Source of the DNA: Macrostomum lignano
Taxonomy: Eukaryota
Direction of reading: 5' to 3'
Length of the DNA: 64,000 nucleotides
NCBI GenBank assembly: GCA_002269645.1
Contig: NIVC01003621.1
Span: forward strand, 1-64,000
Position 1 is the first letter of the stretch. Each line of letters opens with the position of its first letter. The position numbers and the translations under genes were made by a program. Of the stretch, positions 1-11,621 are shown in pieces. The notes beneath the pieces were generated by a model. That model saw only the letters and a list, made by a program, of their open reading frames with translations. It searched no databases and was not told the origin of the DNA.

Positions 1-3000
1 CTGAGGTTTTGGGGCGATTCTTACTGAGGTTTGGGGCGATTCTTACTGAGGTTTGGGCGATTCTTACTGAGGTTTGGGGCGATTCTTACTGAGGTTTTGG
101 GGCGATTCTTACTGAGGTTTGGGGGCGATTCTTACTGAGGTTTGGGGCGATTCTTACTTGAGGTTTGGGGCGATTCTTACTGAGGTTTGGGGCGATTCTT
201 ACTGAGGTTTGGGGCGATTCTTACTGAGGTTTGGGGCGATTCTTACTGAGGTTTGGGGGCGATTCTTATGAGGTTTGGGGGATTCTTACTGAGGTTTGGG
301 GCGATTCTTACTGAGGTTTGGGGGCGATTCTTACTGAGGTTTTGGGGGCGATTCTTACTGAGGTTTGGGGATTCTTACTGAGGTTTGGGGATTCTTACTG
401 AGGTTTGGGGCGATTCTTACTGAGGTTTTGGGGCGATTCTTACTGAGGTTTGGGGCGATTCTTACTGAGGTTTGGGGGCGATTCTTACTGAGGTTAGGGG
501 CGATTCTTACTGAGGTTTAGGGCGATTCTTACTGAGGTTTGGGGGCGATTCTTACTGAGGTTTGGGGGCGATTCTTATTGAGGTTTGGGGCGATTCTTAC
601 TGAGGTTTGGGGCGATTCTTACTGAGGTTTGGGGGCGATTCTTACTGAGGTTTGGGGCGATTCTTACTGAGGTTTGGGGGCGATTCTTACTGAGGTTTAG
701 GGGCGATTCTTACTGAGGTTATGGGCGATTCTTACTGAGGTTTGGGGGCGATTCTTACTGAGGTTTGGGGGCGATTCTTACTGAGGTTATGGGCGATTCT
801 TACTGAGGTTTGGGGGCGATTCTTACTGAGGTTTGGGGGCGATTCTTACTGAGGTTTTGGGGGCGATTCTTGCTGAGGTTTTGGGGCGATTCTTACTGAG
901 GTTTGGGGCGATTCTTACTGAGGTTTGGGGCGATTCTTACTGAGGTTTGGGGGATTCTTACTGAGGTTTGGGGGGCGATTCTTATTGAGGTTTAGGGGCG
1001 ATTCTTACTGAGGTTTGGGGGCGATTCTTACTGAGGTTTTGGGGCGATTCTTACTGAGGTTTGGGGGCGATTCTTACTGAGGTTTGGGGCGATTCTTACT
1101 GAGGTTTGGGGGGCGATTCTTATGAGGTTTGGGGCGATTCTTACTGAGGTTTGGGGCGATTCTTACTGAGGTTTGGGGGCGATTCTTACTGAGGTTTGGG
1201 GGCGATTCTTATGAGGTTTGGGCGATTCTTACTGAGGTTTGGGGCGATTCTTACTGAGGTTTGGGGCGATTCTTACTGAGGTTAGGGGCGATTCTTACTG
1301 AGGTTATGGGCGATTCTTACTGAGGTTTGGGGCGATTCTAACTGAGGTTTGGGGCGATTCTTACTGAGGTTTGGGGCGATTCTTACTGAGGTTTGGGGGC
1401 GATTCTTACTGAGGTTTGGGGGCGATTCTAACTGAGGTTTGGGGCGATTCTAACTGAGGTTTGGGGCGATTCTTACTGAGGTTTTGGGGCGATTCTTACT
1501 GAGGTTTGGGGCGATTCTTACTGAGGTTTGGGGGCGATTCTTACTGAGGTTTGGGGCGATTCTTACTGAGGTTTGGGGGCGATTCTTACTGAGGTTTGGG
1601 GCGATTCTTACTGAGGTTTGGGGCGATTCTTACTGAGGTTTGGGGCGATTCTTACTGAGGTTTGGGGGCGATTCTTACTGAGGTTTGGGGGCGATTCTTA
1701 CTGAGGTTTGGGGGCGATTTTACTGAGGTTTGGGGCGATTCTTACTGAGGTTTGGGGGCGATTCTTACTGAGGTTTGGGGCGATTCTTACTGAGGTTTGG
1801 GGCGATTCTTACTGAGGTTTGGGGGCGATTCTTACTGAGGTTTGGGCGATTCTTACTGAGGTTGGGGCGATTCTTACTGAGGTTTGGGGGCGATTCTTAC
1901 TGAGGTTTGGGGGCGATTCTTACTGAGGTTTGGGGCGATTCTTACTGAGGTTTGGGGGCGATTCTTACTGAGGTTTGGGGGCGATTCTTACTGAGGTTTG
2001 GGGGCGATTCTTACTGAGGTTTGGGCGATTCTTACTGAGGTTTGGGGCGATTCTTACTGAGGTTTGGGGCGATTCTTACTGAGGTTTGGGGCGATTCTTA
2101 CTGAGGTTTGGGGCGATTCTTACTGAGGTTTGGGGGCGATTCTTACTGAGGTTTGGGGGCGATTCTTACTGAGGTTTGGGGCGATTCTTACTGAGGTTTG
2201 GGGGATTCTTACTGAGGTTTGGGGCGATTCTTACTGAGGTTTGGGGGCGATTCTTACTGAGGTTTGGGGGCGATTCTTACTGAGGTTTGGGGGCGATTCT
2301 TACTGAGGTTTGGGGGCGATTCTTACTGAGGTTTGGGGGCGATTCTTACTGAGGTTTGGGGCGATTCTAACTGAGGTTTGGGGGAGATTCTTACTAGGTT
2401 TGGGGCGATTCTTACTGAGGTTTGGGGCGATTCTTACTGAGGTTTGGGGCGATTCTAACTGAGGTTTGGGGAAGATTCTTACTGAGGTTTCGGGGCGATT
2501 CTTACTGAGGTTTGGGGGCGATTCTTACTGAGGTTTGGGCGATTCTTACTGAGGTTTGGGCGATTCTTACTGAGGTTTGGGGGCGATTCTTACTGAGGTT
2601 TGGGGGCGATTCTTACTGAGGTTTGGGGGCGATTCTTACTGAGGTTTGGGGGCGATTCTTACTGAGGTTTGGGGGCGATTCTTACTGAGGTTTGGGGGCG
2701 ATTCTTACTGAGGTTTGGGGGCGATTCTTATTGAGGTTTGGGGCGATTCTTACTGAGGTTTGGGGCGATTCTTACTGAGGTTTGGGGGCGATTCTTACTG
2801 AGGTTTGGGGGCGATTCTTACTGAGGTTTGGGGGCGATTCTTACTGAGGTTTGGGGGCGATTCTTACTGAGGTTTGGGGGCGATTCTTACTGAGGTTTGG
2901 GGGCGATTCTTACTGAGGTTTGGGCGATTCTTACTGAGGTTTGGGGGCGATTCTTACTGAGGTTTGGGGCGATTCTTACTGAGGTTTGGGGCGATTCTTA

Positions 3001-5220
3001 CTTGAGGTTTGGGGGCGATTCTTACTGAGGTTTGGGGGCGATTCTTACTGAGGTTTGGGGGCGATTCTTACTGAGGTTTGGGGGCGATTCTTACTGAGGT
3101 TTGGGGGCGATTCTTACTGAGGTTTGGGGGCGATTCTTACTGAGGTTTGGGGGCGATTCTTACTGAGGTTTGGGGGCGATTCTTACTGAGGTTTGGGGGC
3201 GATTCTTACTGAGGTTTGGGGCGATTCTAACTGAGGTTTGGGGCGATTCTTACTGAGGTTTGGGGCGATTCTTACTGAGGTTTGGGGGCGATTCTTACTG
3301 AGGTTAGGGGCGATTCTTACTGAGGTTATGGGCGATTCTTACTGAGGTTTGGGGGCGATTCTTACTGAGGTTTGGGGGCGATTCTTACTGAGGTTTGGGG
3401 CGATTCTTACTGAGGTTTGGGGGCGATTCTTACTGAGGTTTGGGGCGATTCTTACTGAGGTTTTGGGCGATTCTTGCTGAGGTTTGGGGGCGATTCTTGC
3501 TGAGGTTTGGGGGCGATTCTTACTGAGGTTTGGGGCGATTCTTACTGAGGTTTGGGGGCGATTCTTACTGAGGTTTGGGGGCGATTCTTACTGAGGTTTA
3601 GGGGCGATTCTTACTGAGGTTTGGGGGCGATTCTTACTGAGGTTTGGGGGCGATTCTTACTGAGGTTTGGGGCGATTCTTACTGAGGTTTGGGGGCGATT
3701 CTTACTGAGGTTTGGGGGCGATTCTTACTGAGGTTTGGGGCGATTCTTACTGAGGTTTGGGGCGATTCTTACTGAGGTTTGGGGCGATTCTTACTGAGGT
3801 TTGGGGGCGATTCTTACTGAGGTTTGGGGGCGATTCTTGCTGAGGTTTAGGGGCGATTCTTACTGAGGTTTGGGGCGATTCTTACTGAGGTTTGGGCGAT
3901 TCTTACTGAGGTTTGGGGCGATTCTTACTGAGGTTTGGGGCGATTCTTACTGAGGTTTGGGGGCGATTCTTACTGAGGTTTGGGGGCGATTCTTACTGAG
4001 GTTTGGGGGCGATTCTTACTGAGGTTTGGGGCGATTCTTATGAGGTTTGGGGCGATTCTTACTGAGGTTAGGGGCGATTCTTACTGAGGTTTGGGGCGAT
4101 TCTTACTGAGGTTTGGGGGCGATTCTTACTGAGGTTTGGGGGCGATTCTTACTGAGGTTTGGGGCGATTCTTACTGAGGTTTGGGGGCGATTCTTACTGA
4201 GGTTTGGGGCGATTCTAACTGAGGTTTGGGGCGATTCTTACTGAGGTTTGGGGGCGATTCTTACTGAGGTTTGGGGCGATTCTTACTGAGGTTTGGGGGC
4301 GATTCTTACTGAGGTTTGGGGGCGATTCTTACTGAGGTTTGGGGGCGATTCTTACTGAGGTTTGGGGGCGATTCTTACTGAGGTTTGGGGGCGATTCTTA
4401 CTGAGGTTTGGGGCGATTCTTACTGAGGTTTGGGGGCGATTCTTACTGAGGTTAGGGCGATTCTTACTGAGGTTTGGGGCGATTCTTACTGAGGTTTGGG
4501 GGCGATTCTTACTGAGGTTTGGGGCGATTCTAACTGAGGTTTGGGGCGATTCTTACTGAGGTTTGGGGGCGATTCTTACTGAGGTTTGGGGGCGATTCTT
4601 ATGAGGTTTGGGGGCGATTCTTACTGAGGTTTGGGGGCGATTCTTACTGAGGTTTGGGGGCGATTCTTACTGAGGTTTGGGCGATTCTAACTGAGGTTTG
4701 GGGGAAATTCTTACTGAGGTTTGGGGCGATTCTAACTGAGGTTTGGGGCGATTCTTACTGATGTTTGGGGGCGATTCTTGCTGAGGTTTGGGGGCGCTTC
4801 TTACTGAGGTTTGGGGGCGATTCTTACTGAGGTTTGGGGCGATTCTAACTGAGGTTTGGGGCGATTTTACTGAGGTTTGGGGCGATTCTTACTGAGGTTT
4901 GGGGCGATTCTTACTGAGGTTTGGGGCGATTCTTACTGAGGTTTGGGGCGATTCTTACTGAGGTTTGGGGGCGATTCTTACTGAGGTTTGGGGCGATTCT
5001 TACTGAGGTTTGGGGGCGATTCTTACTGAGGTTTGGGGGCGATTCTTACTGAGGTTTGGGGGCGATTCTTACTGAGGTTTGGGGGCGATTCTTACTGAGG
5101 TTTGGGGGCGATTCTTACTGAGGTTTGGGGGCGATTCTTACTGAGGATTAGGGCGATTCTTACTGAGGCTTGGGCGATTCTTACTGAGGTTTGGGGGCGA
5201 TTCTTATTGAGGTTTGGAGG
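1..5220. repeat. Tandem array of a ~21-23 bp unit (CTGAGGTTTGGGGCGATTCTTA), >5 kb, truncated by the window start
   Basis: The unit is read directly. Variation is mostly in G/T homopolymer length, as expected from long-read indel noise. Confidence 0.98.
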
Positions 5221-5796
5221 CGATGTTGGAGTTAAGTATTGTAGCGAGTTACTCGTACATTTTTCTTTTTTGTTTTCTGTTTTCTGTTTTCTTTTCTTTG
5301 ATGCTATTTATAGCAACTGGTCCCACCCGCTAAAGCTGGTATCTCCGCCGCTGGCCTGTTATTGCACTGTACCCGCCTTTACGGCAGACTTGTATTTTTG
5401 CATTTAAATTAATAGATCTTCTGCTTCAGGCTTTTTAAAAAAAGTAAAAAAAATATCGGAACTTTTTTATCTGTTGTCCTTTCTTCTCTGGAATATCTTT
5501 GCGACCCTGGATACTGCACTTTTTATCTATATTCGTTAATTAATATTATGGTTGATTATATTGTACGTTCGTTTATCTTTAGATCGGAGCCGCTGCAGAC
5601 TGTGAACTGCAATGCTAAGAAATTTCTGCGCTATAAAATTTAAGTGTTTACTTCTGTTAACCCCCTCTGTTATCCTCAAGTAGTGTCTGCTTTCGGTGAC
5701 TTCCACTCAGAGTGGTTCCAGTTAATCTGCACCTGATTAACCTGTTTGTCTGCTCCCTGTTGGCCTACTTTTGACCTCTATTTGTCTCTGGCCACT

Positions 5797-6390
5797 ACCT
5801 CTACCGCCTATCTACCTCTCTTATCTACTCTGCCCTCTCATCCTACCCGCCTATCTACCTCTCCTATCTACCCTGCCCTCTCATCCTACCCGCCTATCTA
5901 CCTCTCCTATCTACTCTGCCCTCTCATCCTGCCCGCCTATCTACCTCTCCTATCTACTCTGCCCTCTCATCCTACCCGCCTATCTACCTCTCCTATCTAC
6001 CCTGCCCTCTCATCCTACCCGCCTATCTACCTCTCCTGTCTACCCTGCCCTCTCATCCTACCCGCCTATCTACCTCTCCTATCTACCCTGCCCTCTCATC
6101 CTACCCGCCTATCTACCTCTCCTGTCTACCCTGCCCTCTCATCCTACCCGCCTATCTACCTCTCCTGTCTACCCTGCCCTCTCATCCTGCCCGCCTATCT
6201 ACCTCTCCTATCTACTCTGCCCTCTCATCCTACCCGCCTATCTACCTCTCCTATCTACCCTGCCCTCTCATCCTACCCGCCTATCTACCTCTCCTGTCTA
6301 CCCTGCCCTCTCATCCTACCCGCCTATCTACCTCTCCTATCTACCCTGCCCTCTCATCCTACCCGCCTATCTACCTCTCCTATCTACGTC
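5797..6390. repeat. 43-bp pyrimidine-rich minisatellite (CTATCTACCTCTCCTATCTACCCTGCCCTCTCATCCTACCCGC)
   Basis: The direct repeat is visible, and the spurious ORFs over it repeat every 43 aa (three units). Confidence 0.95.
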
Positions 6391-6824
6391 CTGTCTGCTT
6401 TTTCTATCTACCCCTCTCCTGCCTACTTCTTATTCATTCACCCTTATCTTATTTGCCCTTGTTCTATCTACATTTCTTCTGCCTCTCTCTCTACCCTTCT
6501 CGCATCTACCTCTCTACTATTTACCTTCTCTTTCCTATCTGTTTACTCCAGTTCTAAACATTTTTTCATCTCAGCTACATGTACTCTACCGTGTGCGATC
6601 CATTTCTGCTTTTTGTTTCTACTTCCGGCATGTTGGTCCGCGTAAGCCCGACCACAAAAAACTGAGGTCGTGTCCTCAGTCATTAAGCTCTCTTTAAAGC
6701 CCACAATGCTAGCTACCTGTAAAACCAATCTCTGGGTTGTGAATGCATTGTTTAGAGCTGCTTCTTGTATTGCACTGGGATGACCTCTGTTGAGGCCGCT
6801 GTGTCAAAAGTGTGCGGCAACTCC

Positions 6825-7235
6825 TTTATCTACTTCTACTCTACTCTCCTTTATCTACTGTCTACTCTACTACCCTTTATCTACTGTCTACTCTACTACC
6901 CTTTATCTACTGTCTAATCTACTCTCCTTAATCTACTGTCTACTCTACTCTTCCTTATCTACTGTCTTCTCTACTCCCCTTTATCTACTGTCTACTCTAC
7001 TCTTCCTTATCTACTGTCTTCTCTACTCCCCTTTATCTACTGTCTAATCTACTCTCCTTAATCTACTGTCTACTCTACTCTTCCTTATCTACTGTCTATC
7101 TACTCTTCATTATCTACTGTCTACTCTACTCTCCTTTATCTACTGTCTACTCTACTCTTCCTTATCTACTGTCTACTACACTACTCCTCTTTATCCATTG
7201 TCTACTCTACTCTTCCTTATCTACTGTCTACTCTA
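6825..7235. repeat. ~26-bp minisatellite (ATCTACTGTCTACTCTACTCTTCCTT)
   Basis: Direct tandem copies. Confidence 0.9.
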
Positions 7236-7784
7236 CTCACCATTCCTGCATCACTTTCAAAACTCACTGTTAACATCCAGCTCTCATTTGTGCAACAAAT
7301 CTGAGCAGCAAGGTTTATTAAATACAGATGTGATTCAGCATCACGCCTGCTCGCACCCTTCCCTCATCTGGTTCGAGCAGAAAAACTCACTAGCATTTTC
7401 TCCCTGTCTGTCTTGGCCTCAAATCTTTTTTTCCGCGAAAGAAAATTTTAGGCGAAGAAACACTCTGACATAAAAAACGGCTGACGATCACCTGTGCTCA
7501 GGTGTTCTGAGCACCTTCAAATTGCTTCAGTCTGGGATTAATCCCGCCTTTACCGTCTTTTATTCTTCTTTTGCTTCGGTTCGACATCAAAGAGTTGCTT
7601 AGTGCCAGCCTCAGCGCTTTTCATCCCGTTTGCGTGTGTCTGATGCTCCAATCATAACAATGTTCGTTCTTGCTTATGTTGGTCTGCTGACAAGCAACGT
7701 TTTGCTGAATTGGCTTTCTTGCAATTTTTCGTATTCTAAAAATTACTTTTGTGTACTTTTGTCTTCATTTTTGTCTTTGCAGAG

Positions 7785-8915
7785 GTGATTGACATTGCAT
7801 GTTCTTTAGTTTGATTGACCTTGATTGACATCTCAGGTGTTTTGTAGTTTGATTGACCTTGATTGACATCTCAGGTGTTTTGTAGTTTGATTGACCTTGA
7901 TTGACATCTCAGGTGTTTTGTAGTTTGATTGACTTGATCGACATCTCAGGTGTTTTGTAGTTTGATTGACTTGATCGACATCTCAGGTGTTTTGTAGTTT
8001 GATTGACTTGATCGACATCTCAGGTGTTTTGTAGTTTGATTGACTTGATCGACATCTCAGGTGTTTTGTAGTTTGATTGACCTTGATTAACATCTCAGGT
8101 GTTTTGTAGTTTGATTGACCTTGATTAACATCTCAGGTGTTTTGTAGTTTGATTGACTTGATCGACATCTCAGGTGTTTTGTAGTTTGATTGACTTGATC
8201 GACATCTCAGGTGTTTTGTAGTTTGATTGACCTTGATTGACATCTCAGGTGTTTTGTAGTTTGATTGACTTGATCGACATCTCAGGTGTTTTGTAGTTTG
8301 ATTGACTTGATCGACATCTCAGGTGTTTTGTAGTTTGATTGACTTGATCGACATCTCAGGTGTTTTGTAGTTTGATTGACCTTGATTGACATCTCGGGTG
8401 TTTTGTAGTTTGATTGACTTGATCGACATCTCAGGTGTTTTGTAGTTTGATTGACTTGATCGACATCTCAGGTGTTTTGTAGTTTGATTGACTTGATCGA
8501 CATCTCAGGTGTTTTGTAGTTTGATTGACTTGATCGACATCTCAGGTGTTTTGTAGTTTGATTGACCTTGATTGACATCTCAGTTGTTTTGTAGTTTGAT
8601 TGACTTAGATTGACATCTCAGGTGTTTTGTAGTTTGATTGACTTAGATTGACATCTCAGGTGTTTTGTAGTTTGATTGACTTGATCGACATCTCAGGTTT
8701 TTTGTAGTTTGATTGACTTGATCGACATCTCAGGTGTTTTGTAGTTTGATTGACTTGATCGACATCTCAGGTGTTTTGTAGTTTGATTGACTTGATCGAC
8801 ATCTCAGGTGTTTTGTAGTTTGATTGACTTAGATTGACATCTCATGTATTTTAGACTGATTGACCTTGATTGACATCTCAGGTGATTTATAGACTGATTT
8901 ATCTGAGATTGACTG
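7785..8915. repeat. 37-38 bp minisatellite (GACATCTCAGGTGTTTTGTAGTTTGATTGACTTGATC), upstream of the first clear SLC38A10-like exon
   Basis: About 30 near-identical tandem copies. Confidence 0.95.
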
Positions 8916-8992
8916 TTGACCTTTTTAAAAATTTGAGTTTAACGCGCACTTCACATACTACTGAGTTGCTTCATTAATATCCGTTTCCATAG

Positions 8993-11032
8993 CAACATCG
9001 GACTGGCGGTAGCGGCGGAGGCGGCGACCTCACCACAGGCCGGGTGTTCATTCCTGATGGGAAATTTCGCGGCATAACTTTGGCCATTGTGCTGGGCACG
9101 CTTGTTGGAGGTCTGCTAATTCCAAATGGTGTGTTTTTTGTTTTGTGCTGTGCACTGACAGTTCTTAAGGGTCTGCGGTAGTGCCAAATTTGGTCTAGGA
9201 GGGGTAGACAGTGTCTGGGAGGGGTAGACAGTGTCTGGGAGGGGTAGACAGTGTCTGGGAGGGGTAGACAGTGTCTGGGAGGGGTAGACAGGGTCTGGAA
9301 GGGGTTAGACAGGATCTGGGAGGAGTGGACAGGGTCTGGGAGGTGTCTTGGAAGGGTTAGATAGGGTCTGGGAGGAGTTAGATAGTGTCTAAGAGGGGTT
9401 AGATAGGGTCTGGGAGGAGTTAGATAGTGTCTAAGAGGGGTTAGATAGGGTCTGGGAGGAGTTAGATAGTGTCTAAGAGGGGTTAGATGGGGTCTGGGAG
9501 GGGTTAGGTAGGGTCTGGGAGGGGTTAGATAGTGTCTGCGAGGGGTAGACACGGTCTGGGAGGGGTAGACAGGATCTGGGTGGGGTAGACAGGGTCTGGG
9601 TGGGGTAGACAGGATCTGGGTGGGGTAGACAGGGTCTGGGTGGGGTAGACACGGTCTGGGAGGGGTAGACAGGATATGGGTGGGGTAGACAGGCTCTGGG
9701 TGGGGGTAGACAGGGTCTTGGTGGGGGTAGACAGGGTCTAGGTGGGGGTAGACAGGGTCTTGGTGGGGGTAGACAGGGTCTTGGTGGGGGTAGACAGGGT
9801 CTTGGTGGGGGTAGACAGGGTCTTGGTGGGGGTAGACAGGGTCTTGGTGGGGGTAGACAGGGTCTTGGTGGGGGTAGACAGGGTCTTGGTGGGGGTAGAC
9901 AGGGTCTGGGAGGGGTAGACGGTGTCTGTGACTCCTGGTTGGCCAGGACAAGCTCTGCAACTCTGATTGGTCAATCCTTGACCCGCCTACTCCAGTTGAG
10001 TTTATTTTAAGCCTGACTGGCTCAGTGACAGGCTCGGTGATCTGCTATATCCTGCCAGCCGGCATCTACTTAAACACATTCAGTGGAGTCAGGGCGCGCT
10101 GCTGCTCAATTGGCTGCGTGATTAAATGGCTGGGTGTGGCCACGCTGTGCATTGGCACAACGGCTACTCTGTTTGGACCTGGTGGAGGCGGCGAGAGCCA
10201 CGCGCCAGTTCAAAACCAGCCGCCCCCGCAGCTGCCCCATCGCGACAGCTATCCAGCTTCCATCGGATCGACTGTTGCCCGCCTGTCTCACCCCGACTAC
10301 ACTCCCGCTTCTCCGACTGTACTAATCAAGCAGGATCGTAAACTTAGCGGTAAATAAAACTTTTACACTGAAGCGGATTACACTACTTACACTATTCCAT
10401 TCAGTAGGCTAGTTAAGCATTTTATCAATATTTTCTATCGTTATTCGTTGTATCGCAATCCGGCAGACTCCGAAAGTCGTCAGGAGCCTCCGCTGCCTGT
10501 TTTGGCTCGGGAAGTTGTTGGAATCAAGGGACGAAATCCAATGAAGGAAAAACTGCAAAAGAAACTGCTATTCACTAAAACTACTACACTTGAACCAACA
10601 ACTCCTAGTGTGACTTTGAAAACGACAGAAATAGCACCGTCAAAATTGGCACCGACGCACAAATCTTCGACAGTAAAACCGACTACAAAATCGGCATTTA
10701 AGACGGCTACGAACTCGACAGGTTCCATTGAACAACAGACCAGAAAAAGTTCGAATAAGAGCGACCTGGAAGTGCTGGCAAGTCTGCTTCGCGAGCAGCG
10801 TGAGCAGGGTCGTCGAATCGAAGAGCAGCTCAAACGGTTGGAAGCCGCCAATGCTGTTGACCGACATCGGGAGCGTCGGAACTCCGACAAAACCGCCGCT
10901 GGCAACGATACTCAAGCAAGACGACTCGATGCTGTGGTTAATTACACGGCTACTACTAATAGTAGTACTACTAAAACAGTACTGAATGGAACTGCTACCA
11001 AAGTTGCTAAAACTAATCAAACCAAATTATAG
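8993..11032 (+). CDS. SLC38A10: SLC38A10-like amino-acid transporter, 3' exons only
   Basis: Exons 8993-9128, 9996-10349 and 10467-11032 have canonical AG/GT ends and consistent phase (352 codons). The translation FIPDGKFRGITLAIVLGTLVGGLLIPN|VEFILSLTGSVTGSVICYILPAGIY matches SLC38A10 ([43 protein letters not shown]). The tail carries RQEPPLP and a coiled-coil LLREQREQGRRIEEQL like the SLC38A10 C-terminus. Clean 5' exons were not found. Confidence 0.85.
9195..9920. repeat. ~21-bp G-rich minisatellite (GGGGTAGACAGGGTCTTGGTG) filling an SLC38A10 intron
   Basis: Tandem copies lie between exons 9128 and 9996. Confidence 0.93.
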
Positions 11033-11621
11033 AGGCTGTTGTTAATATACACTTTTTCCACTGGTGATTTTTGTTGCAATTTATTGTTTCCCAATTCGAT
11101 GTATTATGTGTGCTGCTATTTTGGCCTCTGGTATGCACGGATCTACTTTACTGGTAGAGCAATTTATATATTAACTCATTATTTCATTAAATGAATTACA
11201 AATATGAGCGCACATCGTGTAGTTGTTCATGGCTTTTGTGGTGCTTGTTAAACTGTGAACATTGAAAACTATTTGAACATTTATTTTTTTATAGTTAGTT
11301 ACTAACTGAGCTGGATTTCATTCCATTGTACTAACACATTTTGAGTTTAAAAAAGGGTGGATGATTGATCTTACTAAGTACTTTTAATGAAACTTTTAGG
11401 GTAACAAAAACAAACAAGATCAAGCTGTTTTGATGGCTAGCAGGTAAAAAATAGTCACACTGAAACCGCAAAATCAACTGTAGTAACAATTTGTAATCAT
11501 TTTTAGCGGAAAAAACATACGAATCAAAACACCTTAAGTACTATTTTTGACAGTAAATTCAACGCACAAAAACGCCTTTCCCGTTGAAATAATCTACTGG
11601 CTCGTAGCTCAGAGCCTATAG

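Noticed and set aside
4362-6697. ORFs of 65-308 aa (MGAILTEVWG…, YLPLLSTLPSHPTR…)
   Set aside because: They are translations of tandem arrays, are open in several frames, and have no domain content.
8974-9974. Minus-strand ORFs with PHQDPVY/TLSTPTK repeats
   Set aside because: They come from an intronic minisatellite on the strand opposite the SLC38A10 exons.
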